A DNA stretch of 64,000 nucleotides from NCBI GenBank assembly GCA_976551045.1, contig CDPCPM010000180.1, positions 16,926,001 through 16,990,000 of the forward strand, in the 5' to 3' direction. Source of the DNA: Glaucostegus cemiculus. Its lineage: Eukaryota. This document shows positions 25,086 through 37,959 of this stretch, piece after piece. Made by a program: the position numbers and the translations under genes. Within the stretch, counting starts at the first letter, position 1. Every line of letters begins with the position of its first letter. The notes under the pieces were generated by a model. The model was not told where the DNA came from and searched no databases. It saw nothing but the letters and a program-made list of their open reading frames with translations.

Positions 25086-25489
25086 GGTCTATGTTCAATA
25101 TACAAGATAATCTATAAAATTAACAAAAGCTGACAAGCTTCAGCTCAAAGCCTGACCAGGACCGGAATGATTCCAAGATACAAGGCATAGAACCTGCAAG
25201 TACAAAATTAAATTGGTTGAGCACACAGAAGACTACTGATACACTAATTTTAAGTCACAGCACAAATAGACAAAATGCACTAATTTAGAGGAATGGTATT
25301 GAAAAGCCAAGATAAGTTAAATTTCTAGAGCATTTGGTGCACAACGCAAACTATGTATGCAGTATGGTCTCCAGAGCAAAAGGGATAGAAGCACTGCGAA
25401 TGGCACAATGATTTACAAGGCTGATGCCTAGACTGAGAGATATTATTCACCAAGAAACACACAACTGTCTGGAACTCTTCAGTGAGGTC

Positions 25490-25725
25490 CACTAGTGGTC
25501 AGATAGAAATCTGCAAAACAATGGTTCAACCCTAACCTTGGGTGCTGTTTGTGTGAAGTTTGACAGTTCTTCCTGTGACTGCAGGGATTTCTCCTGGGTG
25601 CTCTGGTTTCCCTTCACATCCCAAAGACATGCTGGTTGCTAGGTAAATAAGCTACTGTAGCATCTCCAGTATAGGTGGGTGGCAGGAGAATTGGGGCCGG
25701 GGCATGAGTTGATGGGGATGAAAGA
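25490..25725 (+). mobile_element. V-SINE
   Basis: GGTTCAACCCTAACCTTGGGTGCTG..TGTGTGAAGTTTG..TTCTTCCTGTGAC..GGGTGCTCTGGTTTCCC..CACATCCCAAAGAC. Confidence 0.8.
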
Positions 25726-25737
25726 TGAAGTGGTAAT

Positions 25738-25958
25738 TTAATTGGTAAATTGGTTTATTATTGTCACATGTACCAAGGTACAGTGAAAAACTTTTTTGCA
25801 TGCAATTCATGCATGATCATTTCATTACAACAGTACAAGGGAAAACAATAACAGAATGCAGAATAAAGTGTTACAGTTACAGAGAAAGTGCAGTGCAGGC
25901 AGACAATAAGGTGCAAGGCCATAATGAGATAGATTGTGAAGTCAAGAGTCCATCTTAC
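25738..25958 (-). mobile_element. Rex1/Babar LINE 3' UTR
   Basis: Paralogous to 24783-25000; ends TTTCACTGTACCTTGGTACATGTGACAATAATAAA(CCAATTT)n. Confidence 0.85.
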
Positions 25959-27699
25959 TTGGAGGATCAGTTTCAATGGATGTACAACCCCTCCACGTGC
26001 CCTGTGGTTACACTCTTTCCTGGCTGGAGGATCCAGAGCCCCGGATCTGTAATTAGTGACCATTCCAACAGGCAGAGCAGGTCCCAGGTAATGACCAAGC
26101 CATAGGCACAAGGATTCAAGTCCTTAGCCCATAGCACAACAATGACCTCTGACAGCACGTGCTGTCAATGCCTTTGCGTCTGCTTCTAAATGCCAATGAT
26201 CAGAGACATTAAAATGTAATAAAGTAAAACATTGAAACTAAAAAGCTAAAACTTAGAAAAATTAAAATAAAAGGACTAACTACTTTGTTGCACTTTTCAA
26301 ATGTAGATCAGCAAGCCCATTCAAATGAAAGGCACCACACTAATGCACCATTCAAAACTGAGGGGAAGGATACAAATTAGGTTCAGTCTCTTAGCTCAGG
26401 GTGATCCAGAACCATTGATTGGTGGCAAGTCCACAGTCACAGCTGGAAGTCACACATACCTCAGTACTTGTCTGTTGCCATGCACAGACATGAGAGGCCA
26501 GAACATGCTGATAGTCAGCTTGCAACTGATCAGCATGGTTAGAATATGAGACTCACGATCACAAGTGAGACAAATACTGAGGATAAATTTAAAGGAAAGC
26601 TCAGCAACTACACTATACAAGTGTACATTAACAGAATAGGCTAAACAAAGGTGGAAGGAGGTTCCACAAAATGTTGGCTTAAGGGGCTGAAGACCCTATT
26701 TCAATACAGCTTTATTTTTGTCATAGAGGAGACAAAACCTAATGTGTATTTGTGTGGTACCTTCTGAGTTCACCACAGTAATTTGCAATATTGAGAGGGC
26801 TCCTCACAAGCACACGATCAAACACAGACGTTTTATTGAACAAGCTGGACTGGAGTAGCTAGCTTGTCTGCCAAGCTATTTATATTGAACATTGGGCAGA
26901 AAACATTCATAAATTGTCCAGGGCTCTGGAAAAGATGTAAACTGATGAACAGCACAAACTTTTGGGATTTTCTTTTATCTGATGTTCACAAAAAACAAAA
27001 ATCTTTAATGTAATATAGAATGCGAGTTAGAAGTTACTGATTTCTTCTGCAATCAATGAAGTTTTTAAAAACAAACACTTAAAGAAATTGTGGAAGTGTT
27101 CCAGAAGTTGTGATCGATTATTTGTAGCAAGATTCTTTGTATTTGTTGTGGAGTTTGCTGTGAAGATGCACAATTTGCTTGACTAGTGTATTCTGAGAGT
27201 ACTTGCACTGTTTATCTTTTTAACAGATACAAGCAAATTTTCAAAATTAGTTCAAGATAAAGAATTTACATAAATTAAACAGCCATTGTCCAATCACAAA
27301 CCCCAACTGTCAGGTTAATCTTGGTGCCTGATTTAAAAGTAACACAACAACAGAGATGCTCTTGACATTCCTAAGCAGTCCCAAGGTCATTTCAGTTAAC
27401 TACTAGGTTCTTTCAAATAGGATAAACTAGTTCTGATAAATCCTACAACTGAGATCGATAGCTTTGGTGGCTAAACCGATGCTTGTATTCATCTGTGTTA
27501 CCACACTACAAGTTCCTGGTTGACATTATAGCAAAAACATTGGATGACAGGTTATTTAACAGATTAGCTGCAAGTTGATACCTTCATGTAAATAGGGTTA
27601 GTGAAGGAAAGTTGATGCTTCAGGTGCCATGTGATTTAAATTCAACATTCGCAGGAGAAGTGTACATAGTTTTAACCACTTGCAATTAGAAGATCATTG

Positions 27700-28525
27700 T
27701 GACTTGCGATGTCTATTATGCATTGACCAAATTGGGCTCAACACCAGCAATGATCCACAAGAACAAGGTCTTATATTAGCCCACTCCCCATCACCATATT
27801 ACCCTCCTACAATAAAGTTCACAGTGATACCATGGAAAACTTGAATCACTTCCTATAAGACTGGGAGCCACCTCGTGGCAAAGGCAGACTTCAGTGATAA
27901 AATTTACCATTTTCAACATATTGGCATAGCTTTTGGTCATTTGAGGAAGATGGTGTTTGAGGCCTGGCACGGAACTGATGATATATTTGAGCAGCAGTGA
28001 TCCTGTTCCCCTTTACACTTGAGACCTGGACTACCTACAGCAAGAAACTCAAGGCACCAGAAAAAATACCATCAATGCCATCTCTGCAAATTCCCCCAAA
28101 TTCACCTGGAGGGATAAGTGAACCAAGGTCAATGTCACTCCCATCTTCTGCATTAAGGGCCTGGTTCCTCTCATTCAACAATGTTGGGCAGATCATGTTA
28201 TTCACATGGCTTGCGCTCTATTCCAATTTCTTGCCACGGGAAGAGATTACCAGGTAGACAGAAGTAAAGGATTCAAGAATGTGCTCAATGAATGCTGGAA
28301 GTGGAGGAGCAGCATTTGGGATGATATTGAGAATCTCGAGTTCATGCATCAGAAGCCCTGCACAAACAGCAGAAGGAGCACACCACCTCACAAACCATCC
28401 ATACGTCCTATGTGTAGGAGATTCTGTGGTTCCCGCAATGACCTCAATGGTTTTATGGGTTCTAAGGTCAGTAGCGTGGAAGCAAATCAGGCTATCCCTT
28501 AAGGACAAGGCTCAGGAAGAGCGCA
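27700..28525 (+). mobile_element. RTE-clade (BovB-like) LINE, decayed ORF C-terminal region
   Basis: Broken frames give AFGHLRKMVFE, ETWTTYSKKLKA, KGFKNVL, KWRSSIWDDIENLE and a terminal P-C-R-CGS zinc-finger-like motif typical of RTE ORFs. Confidence 0.85.
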
Positions 28526-29192
28526 TTAGGAGTGGTGGCAAATTCCATCATCAGTGTCTGCCTTTGCCAAAGGTTGCTCCGAAGAGATGGGAAGTGGTGT
28601 ATGTTTTCCAGGGTGTTGCAGGGCCCCTTTTGTCTGCAGCCAGCAGGAGCAGATGCCTTGAGAGGACATCGGGGAGCTATGCACAGTAAAGCAGAAGGAA
28701 GATAAAGCTGTGGAACAATAATGATCCAAATAAAAAATGACCAAATTTGCCATGTGCTAAATATTATTTAGGAAAGCATGTGGAAAAAAAACTTCTGTCA
28801 ACTTGAACTATTAAATTAACACCACTAATTGAGCAAAGGTGATGCAGTACACCAGAAGTATCCAAAGTCAAAATAAGCATGATGACACACCAGCAGACTC
28901 CAAAAGCAACTGTTAAGTGTGGAGAGAAATTGGTCAATTATGGGATGCATGATCCACTGTAAAGCTGGATTATTGCCAATCTAAAGATTCATATTGAAGA
29001 ACAGCTTTTCTAACTATTAGAATCAGTGCTTTACTAATTATGTTTATAAATATGTTCTTTACTAGTTCCATACAAAGTACACTTCAAGTAATGTACGGGT
29101 TAGTTGACCCTTTTAACAACCAATATGTGCAGTTTAAAGACAGTCTTCACTTTGAATCGCAGAATGTAAGAATGAGCCTTTATTCAAAACTA

Positions 29193-29335
29193 NNNNNNNN
29201 NNNNNNNNNNNNNNNNNNNNNNNNNNNNNNNNNNNNNNNNNNNNNNNNNNNNNNNNNNNNNNNNNNNNNNNNNNNNNNNNNNNNNNNNNNNNNNNNNNNN
29301 NNNNNNNNNNNNNNNNNNNNNNNNNNNNNNNNNNN
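29193..29335. other. Assembly gap (143 N)
   Basis: Run of N. Confidence 1.
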
Positions 29336-30419
29336 TGAACCCCATTAGTCTGAGTTTGTGCAGCTGCCAGGGTTGGCATTATTGCACTTTTATTTTGTCC
29401 TAATCTGCCTTTTTTTTTTAGGGAAAGCCCATATTTTGCAACTATTGATAGTTTCAAATTAAAGTGATCGAAGAGCAAGGACAGAATGCACAACTTTAAA
29501 ATTGGCACTGTTCAACATCACATATCTTCCCTTGGATCCTTAACTTTGAGCAAGGCCTGTATTTCTGAAATGCTGCGTGAAGGATATTAAATGTCTTTGA
29601 AGTGGCAACATTGAATTCTGTTCTTGCCATTTGACATAATTTCAACCCTCACCATATGCTGCTGCCTTGTAACACACTCCAGTCCGTGTCTTTTCCTATA
29701 TACAGTGGAGCAGCTTGATCAGGCTGGCTGTGGCATGTGGCCAACACCCACATGGGACTTCACTGCCTAAGGTAATAACAGAACTCAAAGAGTTCGGCTT
29801 GAACACAGCATTTAAAGTCAGATAAAAGTGAGAACTAAAGACTGTGCAGATTGGATTGACAGTGGATTGATTTCAAATGACATAAGTCGCTATAGAAACT
29901 GACCTTCAGAAAAGGGATTCCTTCAGTTTTCATTTGCCTGAGGAATCTTGAAAGCTCTCTTCTCTAGGGATTGAGAAAGCCTTTATTCTTTTGGAATGAC
30001 TGTTCAACTTTGGCAGAGTTGGTAATAGTTATCAAAAGCCACAAATACCAAAATGTTACGAAGAATGTCAGACTGCCAAGCATTCCTTTCATGGAGTAAC
30101 CTTTGGAGTGTAACCTATGTTCCAAAAAAATTCATCAAATCCCATCTTCCCCTTGCTAACTTTTTCTTCTCATTCCTGCAAAACTCCTGCCTCCCTATAC
30201 AACTATGGCTACACCATCAATTCTGTGGCTAAATTGCTGCTATTCTTGTTGAAGGCTTAACAGGGTCAGCAAACTACTCAACCTCTGAGGGCATGATCAA
30301 GTCTAATCTTATTCTCTCCTGTGGCCTTGGACAGTTCTGGTAGCAGGCTCTACATAGTAATCAGGAAAGCTGCCTGATGGTCATGAACAAAAAAAATCAA
30401 CATCCAAGAAAGACAAATA

Positions 30420-30690
30420 GAAAAGAATGAATTACGTCTCCCAGCAGAATGATCAATGACTACAGGACATAGAGTTAGATTAATTGGCAAAAGGATGAGA
30501 AAGAGGTTGGGGAAACATTTTATTTTACCTAAAGACTGGAGGAGGTACTCCCTAATAAGATGGCAAAGATGGAAAACTTCATCTCATTAAAAAATGTATC
30601 ATAATGAGCGCTCGAGTTTTCTAAGAACTGAGATATGACATGGGAGAATTAGCTCAGTTGGCTTATTTTTGGCTGGAGAGGACAAGTCTA
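30420..30690 (+). mobile_element. Old CR1 LINE 3' fragment
   Basis: GGACATAGAGTTAGATTAATTGGCAAAAGG...AAACATTTTATTTTAC, collinear with CR1 3' ends elsewhere in the window. Confidence 0.55.
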
Positions 30691-31399
30691 GAAGTTCAAG
30701 TCTTCCATTAAAGGCTCGTGTGTGATCCGTGTTTTGTTCCAGCGTGAACATGACTTTAATATGCAGCACTTATCCCACTGGATCGCAGACAACCAAATCA
30801 GTTCTCCATATTTCAGAGGACTTCCAGGAGCAATCAAAGAATATCATCAGAGGATGTTTAAAATTTGCACCAGCTCTGGGATTTGAAATTAGGTTCTGCT
30901 CGCCACATTTCCTTCCCTATCTTCAACACGGGGGCTGGCAAGTGTGTGTGTTAGTGTGCAATGACGGCATCAGGCTCAGACCAATCCACCCTTACCTCCA
31001 AGCAGACTAGCACCACCCCCTTCTGCTCCCCTCCTCACTACTGAATAGCTATTTTAACTTTCACCATTGTGCGTGAAGATTCAACCAAAGTATGAAGGGC
31101 TATGCCACCATGCCCCAAACCACAGCCATGGCTTCAGGAAGAGAGGAAAACCACAGCAGAGTGCCGAGAGGCCTTTGAATTAGATCAGTAACTCCTTTAA
31201 GCATCTCTTTCCTTTAGAAAGATTGACCATACAAAATTTGACATTGTATTTGATCAACCACCCCAGCTTGCTTTGATTCTCTGACAAAAAAAAAGGAAAA
31301 ATATGCAGCTCTGTCTTTATAAAATCTGCAGGCAATTAAAACCAGAAGCCTGTCAATAATTAATTTGGAATAACTTTCATCCCTCAGAGCATGGAGGAA

Positions 31400-32300
31400 A
31401 AAAAGTCATGAGTAATGGTTACCAGAGATCAAGTAATAGTTTAGAGAACTGCTTTATTCAGTTATTTCATGCCAGACTCACCAAGGATGACGGAGGGGGG
31501 AGGGGGAAGAAATGAGAGAGAAAATAAAACAGTAACTTTCCTGTGGATTTCCAGGAATTCGGGAACTTAGGATAAATAGTGGTGAAGAATTTACGTAAAG
31601 TATTATACAGAGCTCAGCCAAAACTGTGTGTCTAACTTCTTAAGAGTTCTCATCAATTGTGCCCTAAACACAGGGAACAGGATGAGTTCTCCCACTGTGG
31701 CATTCAGCAGATAGATTGCAAAATTAAGAGCTATTTTTGGGGGGAACCTTAAACATAAGGAAGCAGCACTCTGAGGTAAGAAACATTTCAAAAGATACAA
31801 GCATATCAAGAAACAGCGCATCCAGAACTCAGATTTTTTTTTGCTATCAGTTCTTAAAATGGGAACTAAACTTGTTAAAAACACTCTGGAAAAAAAATGT
31901 ATAAAGGAGTCTTTCTGCACGAAAGGATAAAAGAATCAGCTAACATTTTTCACATGAACAAATGGAATGCAATGACATCATCACATCAAAACATCAATGC
32001 ACCGTGATGCCATTGTGATGAAAATAAGGGGCCCTTTTCTAACCCATCTCTCCCATTCCCTCAATAAGTATAGAGAAGGCCTTTTCATGAACAGTAGCTC
32101 TTTAAATCATGGCCGAGGATTTTAGTATAATTGACGAGTATAGTCCTTCCTCATGTTGTCTGATTTAAACACTAAACAGCTGAGAGTGACTAGCTCAAGC
32201 TGTTCATCAAGGTGAGGTAAATCTCTTTACAAACATAGATATAATGAGCCATAATTAACGAGTGTGGTCAACAGGCTAATTATGAGCAGAAGTTTCAGCA
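31400..32300. promoter_or_regulatory. Candidate signal-responsive enhancer
   Basis: TTCCAGGAA 31549 abutting TTCGGGAA; TTTACGTAAA 31590; CTATTTTTGG 31731; TGGAATG 31963; TGACATCA 31973; ACATCAAA 31983; no recognisable repeats. Confidence 0.35.
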
Positions 32301-33152
32301 ATCCAACTAAAAGTTCACAAACTGCTCCAAAGAACACCAATATCTAGCCTGACACTCAAACAATGTTTAAAATTCATACCTATTAGACTATTTTTACACA
32401 ATTTTTCAAATGTTTCAAATAAAGTGTCTTAATAAGCTTGCAAGATATCTATTGCTAATGAGCTTGTCAGACATTCTTTAAGTTGATGCCAGTCAAGATT
32501 CCATATGTCCACACAAAAATATTAAACATAAAATACTAATCATACGTGATACAATGAGGTCATTGGAAAAACTTGGGATTAAAAATCTCAGTGCTGCACA
32601 TGTAAGCACCATGCAAACTTTGACCACTGCATCTCAAGTCCAAGAACAACTAATGGTCTGACCAACTCTTATCTTTAAAATACCTAATTGCCAAAATCTC
32701 AAGGTCAACCAGCATTTGGTGAAGATTCATCTGTCACTTTAAATCTATGGCTTATCCCCACCTTCAACTCTTTACACTTGGTGCCCTACTCTCATCCTCA
32801 AACCACACCTTCAAGATGGAGACAGCATTTTAAAATTTGAGATCAAACTACACAGGTTAATTGTAGCCCTGCACCAAAACATATGTTCTTTACTGAGAGA
32901 TTCCACCCAATTACAGTCACATGGGAAATGATTTTAAAAACTGGGTACATCAAACCCAGTACATCAAACTAGCACCAAATATTCCAATAGGTCTACAATT
33001 ATGATTTTGATCCATACAAGCCTCCTCCCACGTTCCGTCATTCTACCATCTCCACATTCTCCACTGCACCTTGTAAAGAACTAAAATTTGGCAACAGACA
33101 TAAGCCACGGCAGAGCACCATTCACAACAATATGCAATCTCCTAAAGGATGT

Positions 33153-33223
33153 ATCTGAGACAGACAGCTTGAAGATGAAAATAAGGGACAGACAGCCCCT
33201 TATTTTCATCTGAGACAGACAGC
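33153..33223. repeat. Interlocked 15-bp inverted repeat and 16-bp direct repeat
   Basis: AGATGAAAATAAGGG (33173-33187) / CCCTTATTTTCATCT (33197-33211); ATCTGAGACAGACAGC at 33153 and 33208. Confidence 0.95.
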
Positions 33224-33309
33224 AACCCTTCTGCCATTGACCCACATCACAAATTGAACAAATACTGCCACCTATTCAAGAGGATCATTAGATAATTAAC
33301 AATGAGAGA

Positions 33310-33695
33310 GTTGCTTTTATGTGGCACCTTTTGTATCCCCTTTAGAATAATTCAAGGTACTCTGTAGCCACAAAAGTACTTTTGAAAATGTAGTCGCTGC
33401 TATAATATGACAACCAATTCATATATAGTAAACTTACACATACAGCAGCAATGTGATAATGATCCGATAATCAATTTTTAGTGATGTTGGTTGAGGATAG
33501 ATAATAGGTCATGGCATCCAATAATAACTCTCCTGCTCACTTTTCAAATTATGGCAGTGTTTCCAAATGTTAAAAATCATTCCACTGCAGGGAGATCGAC
33601 ATTAACACCTCCAACAGGATAACCAGCCTAGATTTCTGCCCATAGAGTGAGACCCAAACCCAGAAACTTCTGAACAAATGAGTAACAGTAGTGAA
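33310..33695 (-). mobile_element. Deu-domain SINE (SacSINE1-like)
   Basis: AAGTACTTTTGAAAATGTAGTC, CAGCAATGTGATAATGATCCGATAATC..TTTTAGTGATGTTGGTTGAGGAT is the antisense Deu domain. Confidence 0.8.
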
Positions 33696-34339
33696 AACAC
33701 ATCTTTAAACCCTGATATTAATGATGCACACACAGGAAAGGCCAATACCAACTACTGACAAGAAGGACACAGAGGCCCTACAGGACTTAGTGACAGGATT
33801 TCACTAACATCAAAGTTATGTTTCATGCCTGACTGTCAAATGGGCAGCAGAGTCGACAGTGACCAGTAGGCCACAGCATATGTTCACCGCTGTCAAGTGG
33901 AAGGACAGATCCTTCATCAGATCAAAGGGAACATTTGTGATTGAGGCTTGGGAGAGCCAAGGCAGCCTTGAAAGAGTGGGCCGTGGGGCGAGTTGCAATT
34001 TGGAAAGCAAGGTGGGAGGAGTGTGGTGGGCTGCAAATAAAGCACCCCTGGTTCCACAAGGAATGTCATTATGAAACAAAAACTCCCATGCTGCTGGCAG
34101 CTCCCATCTCAACATCACTAGAAAATTTCTAGCGTCAGAAAACTATCTTACCACTCCCTCTACACATCTCATAATCAGGTTCTTTAATTGGTAACAGCCT
34201 TTCATGCATTCTCTTTGGCAACATTAGAGCCCAAGGACAGAGTTTCTTTATAATTTCTCATAGGATCAGAAGAATCTTGGTTTGGGTCTTGCTTGAGTTC
34301 TTCATGTTCAAAAGTATAGGCTAGTAACCAGTGCACTAC

Positions 34340-34630
34340 TGAGAGACTGTTTTGCCATTGGAGATGTCAACCACTGATGTGTTTAAACAGATGCCCCATC
34401 TCCACTCGGTAGGTGCTGTTTTTAAAATATATATTAAAAAACATCCTGGCACTATTTCAAAGCAGAGGTTTATTATTGGTGCCCTAACCTATTTATATCT
34501 CAATGTCACTAAAAATTGATTATCAGCTCATTATCACATTGCTTTTTATGGAAGTTCCCCACCCCACCAAACCTACGCAGCAACAGCTAATTAATCTGGG
34601 CTAGCAAAATTGCATTCAAGATGCCTAATG
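34340..34630 (+). mobile_element. Deu-domain SINE fragment
   Basis: CATCCTGGCACTATTTCAAAGCAGAGG...GGTGCCCTAACCTATTTATATCTCAATGTCACTAAAAATTGATTATCAGCTCATTATCACATTGCT. Confidence 0.75.
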
Positions 34631-35384
34631 TAACCAATCTAGTCAAACCTGCTTCCTCTCCCCTGCAGGGCACTTGGATTCCTTAATATACACCAACATG
34701 GGAAAGGTGTTGGATGTGTGGCAACAGCATCACATTTCACTTGCACATTCTTAACCATTGTAAGGTCAGGGTGTGGTGTAAATAGAGGCTGATGCAGATT
34801 TAAAAGTGTACACTCAGTTGTGAAGCTTAGAATAGCTACCAGTGCTGGATAGCTCAGTTGGTCCACAGCTGACATCCTCTGTGTATGTAAGAGTTTATGT
34901 TGCAGACTCAGTGGAGATCTCACTCAGTCAGACTTGCCACCTTCAGAGGAGCTTACACTGACAACTATCTGGAGTCAGTGAGTTGGTTGCTATCATATTA
35001 CCACACGCACAGACTTTCCCACAGAAAGCTGCCAAAAAGATTTGAAGCAGCATTGTCAGTTTTATCAGGCCTGACTTGAACCTTGTGACTCAGAAACCTT
35101 GAACTACTGGAGTTGTTCTTAACCACATGGTGTGCAAAAGTAAATTTAAAACAAGAGTACTTCGTTCATTTCAGCAGTGTAGTTCATTCATCAATTCTTG
35201 CCCCTGATTTTTCATTCTGCCTGACAACACTGACTCAAGGTACATTTCCACTGACCCTGGCCATGTGACTTCTTTGTATCAATATAAAAAGGTAGCAGCC
35301 CATTCAGTTATGGAGAATCACACACACTGGTGCCCAATTACAACCCTCTCCGCAATTATTTTTTTTCCTTCTTACTTGCTCTAT

Positions 35385-35520
35385 CTTCTCTCAGGCAAAC
35401 CCTCGAGGATGACTGCATTCATTCCATTTTTGTGGGCTTCTAAGGTGGCAGATGAGTCCCATGTAGGATTCACTGACTTTGCCACAGGTGTGACAAACAG
35501 AGCTCAATGGGGCAGGTGGA
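35385..35520 (-). mobile_element. RTE LINE 3' end
   Basis: Antisense encodes a CxxCGK...GLICHL-type zinc-finger end and the RTE tail (AGGCAAACCCTCGAGGATGAC); related to 28400-28525. Confidence 0.6.
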
Positions 35521-35559
35521 TTGTTTCTATTGTTGTACTCTCATTTGATTTGGCTGGGT

Positions 35560-36175
35560 ACAAGGACACAGATATGGAGGAAATACATAAGTCATTAAAA
35601 GCACCACGGCAAAATGTTGTTAAAAACTTAAGAAAGATCCCTGGGCTTTATAAATAGAAGACAGAATATAAGAACAAAGAAATTTTGACAAATCTATATA
35701 AAAACACTAGTTTAGCCACAATTCAAGTACTGTGTCCTGTTCTGAGCACCACACTTAAGATGCAAGAGGCTTCAGTGAGTATGCAGAAGAGATTTACTGA
35801 AATGAATTCCACAGCTGAGGAACTTAGTAATAGACAGAGTAGGAGAAGCTGGGTTGAAACACTTAGAACTGAGGAAATTGAGAGGGGATCTGAGAGAGGT
35901 CAAGAATTAGGGGGACAAAGAATGAATGCTAAAAGTAAGAGAAGGAAATCTTTCTGTTTTAAAAAAAAGGCTTTGGAATTCATTGTCAAGCATAGTAATG
36001 GAGGCAGATTCAATTGAAGCTGCAAAGGGAAGCTGGATGAGCACCTGAAAAGGAAGAATTTGCAGAGCTATGGGGAGAGAGAGAGGGGATTGGGACTCAA
36101 TGGATTACTTTTATACAGAGTCAATACAGACTTAAAGGGGTCAAATAGCCTCCTTCCAGGCTATTTCACCATTCT
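35560..36175 (+). mobile_element. Old CR1 LINE 3' fragment
   Basis: AAATCTATATAAAACACTAGTTTAGCCACAATTCAAGTACTGTGTCC (LYKTLV-P-LEYC-like), ATGCAGAAGAGATTTAC, CR1 3' UTR. Confidence 0.75.
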
Positions 36176-36332
36176 GAAATTCTTCAACTTTCCAGATATT
36201 TCAAGGAAATTCAGGTTTGGATCACAGACAATGAAGGAAGATCACAGAATGACAAGTACTGTGGATATAGTTCTGTCCACCTATCAAAGGTATATTGCCT
36301 CAATTTATTCAACTTTAGGGAAGAATCTAAAA

Positions 36333-36420
36333 TAATGAAGGGTCTCGACCCAAAATGTTGACCATCCATTTCCCTTCAAAGATGCTGGCAGTTCCTCTGC
36401 CATTCGGTGTGTTGCTCAGG
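36333..36420 (+). mobile_element. Penelope-like terminal repeat fragment
   Basis: ATGAAGGGTCTCGACCCAAAATGTTGACCATCCATTTCCC..AGATGCTG. Confidence 0.8.
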
Positions 36421-37959
36421 ATTTAAGAGACAGTGAAGGTGATTGGGATAATAAGATTGAGAAAGTGGGATTCCTTAGAGCATTTGTTACTGTGTAACAC
36501 TGCAAGTTGTAGGCATGCTGTTCATTCGACCTAATTACATTCAAGGTCCTCTACTTACATCTTATAATATTATTTAACACTCATCTCAAGCAACCATTTT
36601 TGGGTCTTTGGCGATCTTCCAAATCAGTGTTCAGCTGCAATGGCTTCTCATTACTTTGATGTGATTGTGGACCATACTCCCCCATAAAAGTTCTGGTTAC
36701 ATTTTCCAGTTACAGCAATTGCAGATTTGTCTTGGAACAGACAACATATTCTCAATCTTTATTGGTTCCATTGAGATCTCCTGGATGTGGCCTCTTTCTG
36801 CTTTTCATTTGCAAGTTTACATACGTTTGTTCCTCACAATTGCTAACCACTGTATTAACAAGTTTTGACATTTATACTGATTAACAGACCTATTAGCTAC
36901 TTGAGAAGCATTAAAGGATTATGTCACAGGTACGTCATGTTTTGTTACATTGCCTTTGTATCCTCAAATCTAAATTGCATTCTCAAAATCTCAATGTTGT
37001 AGATTACTACAATTTTGTAGGTGGGTCAGAAAGTTATCTAAAACTATATCATTTTAACTATGTACCCCCACCCCCAAAAATACATTAAAAAATTTTAAGC
37101 ATGAATGGACAAATATTGTTTAAATTATGTAGAGAGACCAAATGGGTGGAGATGGAGAATGCCACAGGCCTAACTTCTCATAGCTCAAATGCAAGAACTC
37201 TTGAAAGTTGCTGCATTTTATATACGAATAACCATGTTAAGCTACCAGTAAATGCAATTCAAAGCTTCTCAGAATTAATGGGATCAGTTCTTTCTCTCTC
37301 CGCCTGCTTTAATTGGTCAATGTGTAAGCAGTGGAGTTGTCTGAGTATAGTTGAGGAGGCGCTGCTAACATGTAGCACAGCTTTCACACAGTTAGACTGT
37401 GGGAAACAAAACCTCTCGTATTGGATCCCTAATAGGTTTTGTTCAAATTGAAAAAGGGAATAAAAACTGGCAGGCCTGAATGCGGTTGTTGTTAAAACAC
37501 CCATGTAAGATGGGAGTTGGTGGGCCAGGGTCAAGAAATTAAGATTGCAGCTGCTGCTTCTGCTATCCAGAGTCTCACCCAAGCTGTGCTGTGACACTCA
37601 ATTGCAAGTGGCATTGCATCCAGCACAGGTTTCCAAAGTGAACGGAATAAAATGGTGCTTGCAAATTATAAAAGATGCCGCATGGAATGGAATGGAATCA
37701 GGAAGTAAGTCCTAAACCATCACTGACTGCAGGAAATGTTTTCTTTAAACTGCCATTGACAATGAGCTTCAATTCATGGCAGAGAGCTGCATCACCAGAT
37801 GAGAGCCAAAACACTTACAGAACCAGCAACAGTAATTTCTGCATCTATATTAGGATATTGCACATTGCAACCACTTAAGGGTCATGCTCCCGAGGAAGGT
37901 TTTTATTATTAAAATTTGTGTTATTAAAAGTCCAAAGTATTACCATCTGTTTCTCAGCC

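Noticed and set aside
17123-29335. ORFs containing X runs across the two N blocks
   Set aside because: Artefacts of translating through assembly gaps
33153-33223. CRISPR-like repeat-spacer appearance
   Set aside because: Only three short 10-16 nt repeats, the spacers are reverse complements of each other, no cas genes, vertebrate DNA
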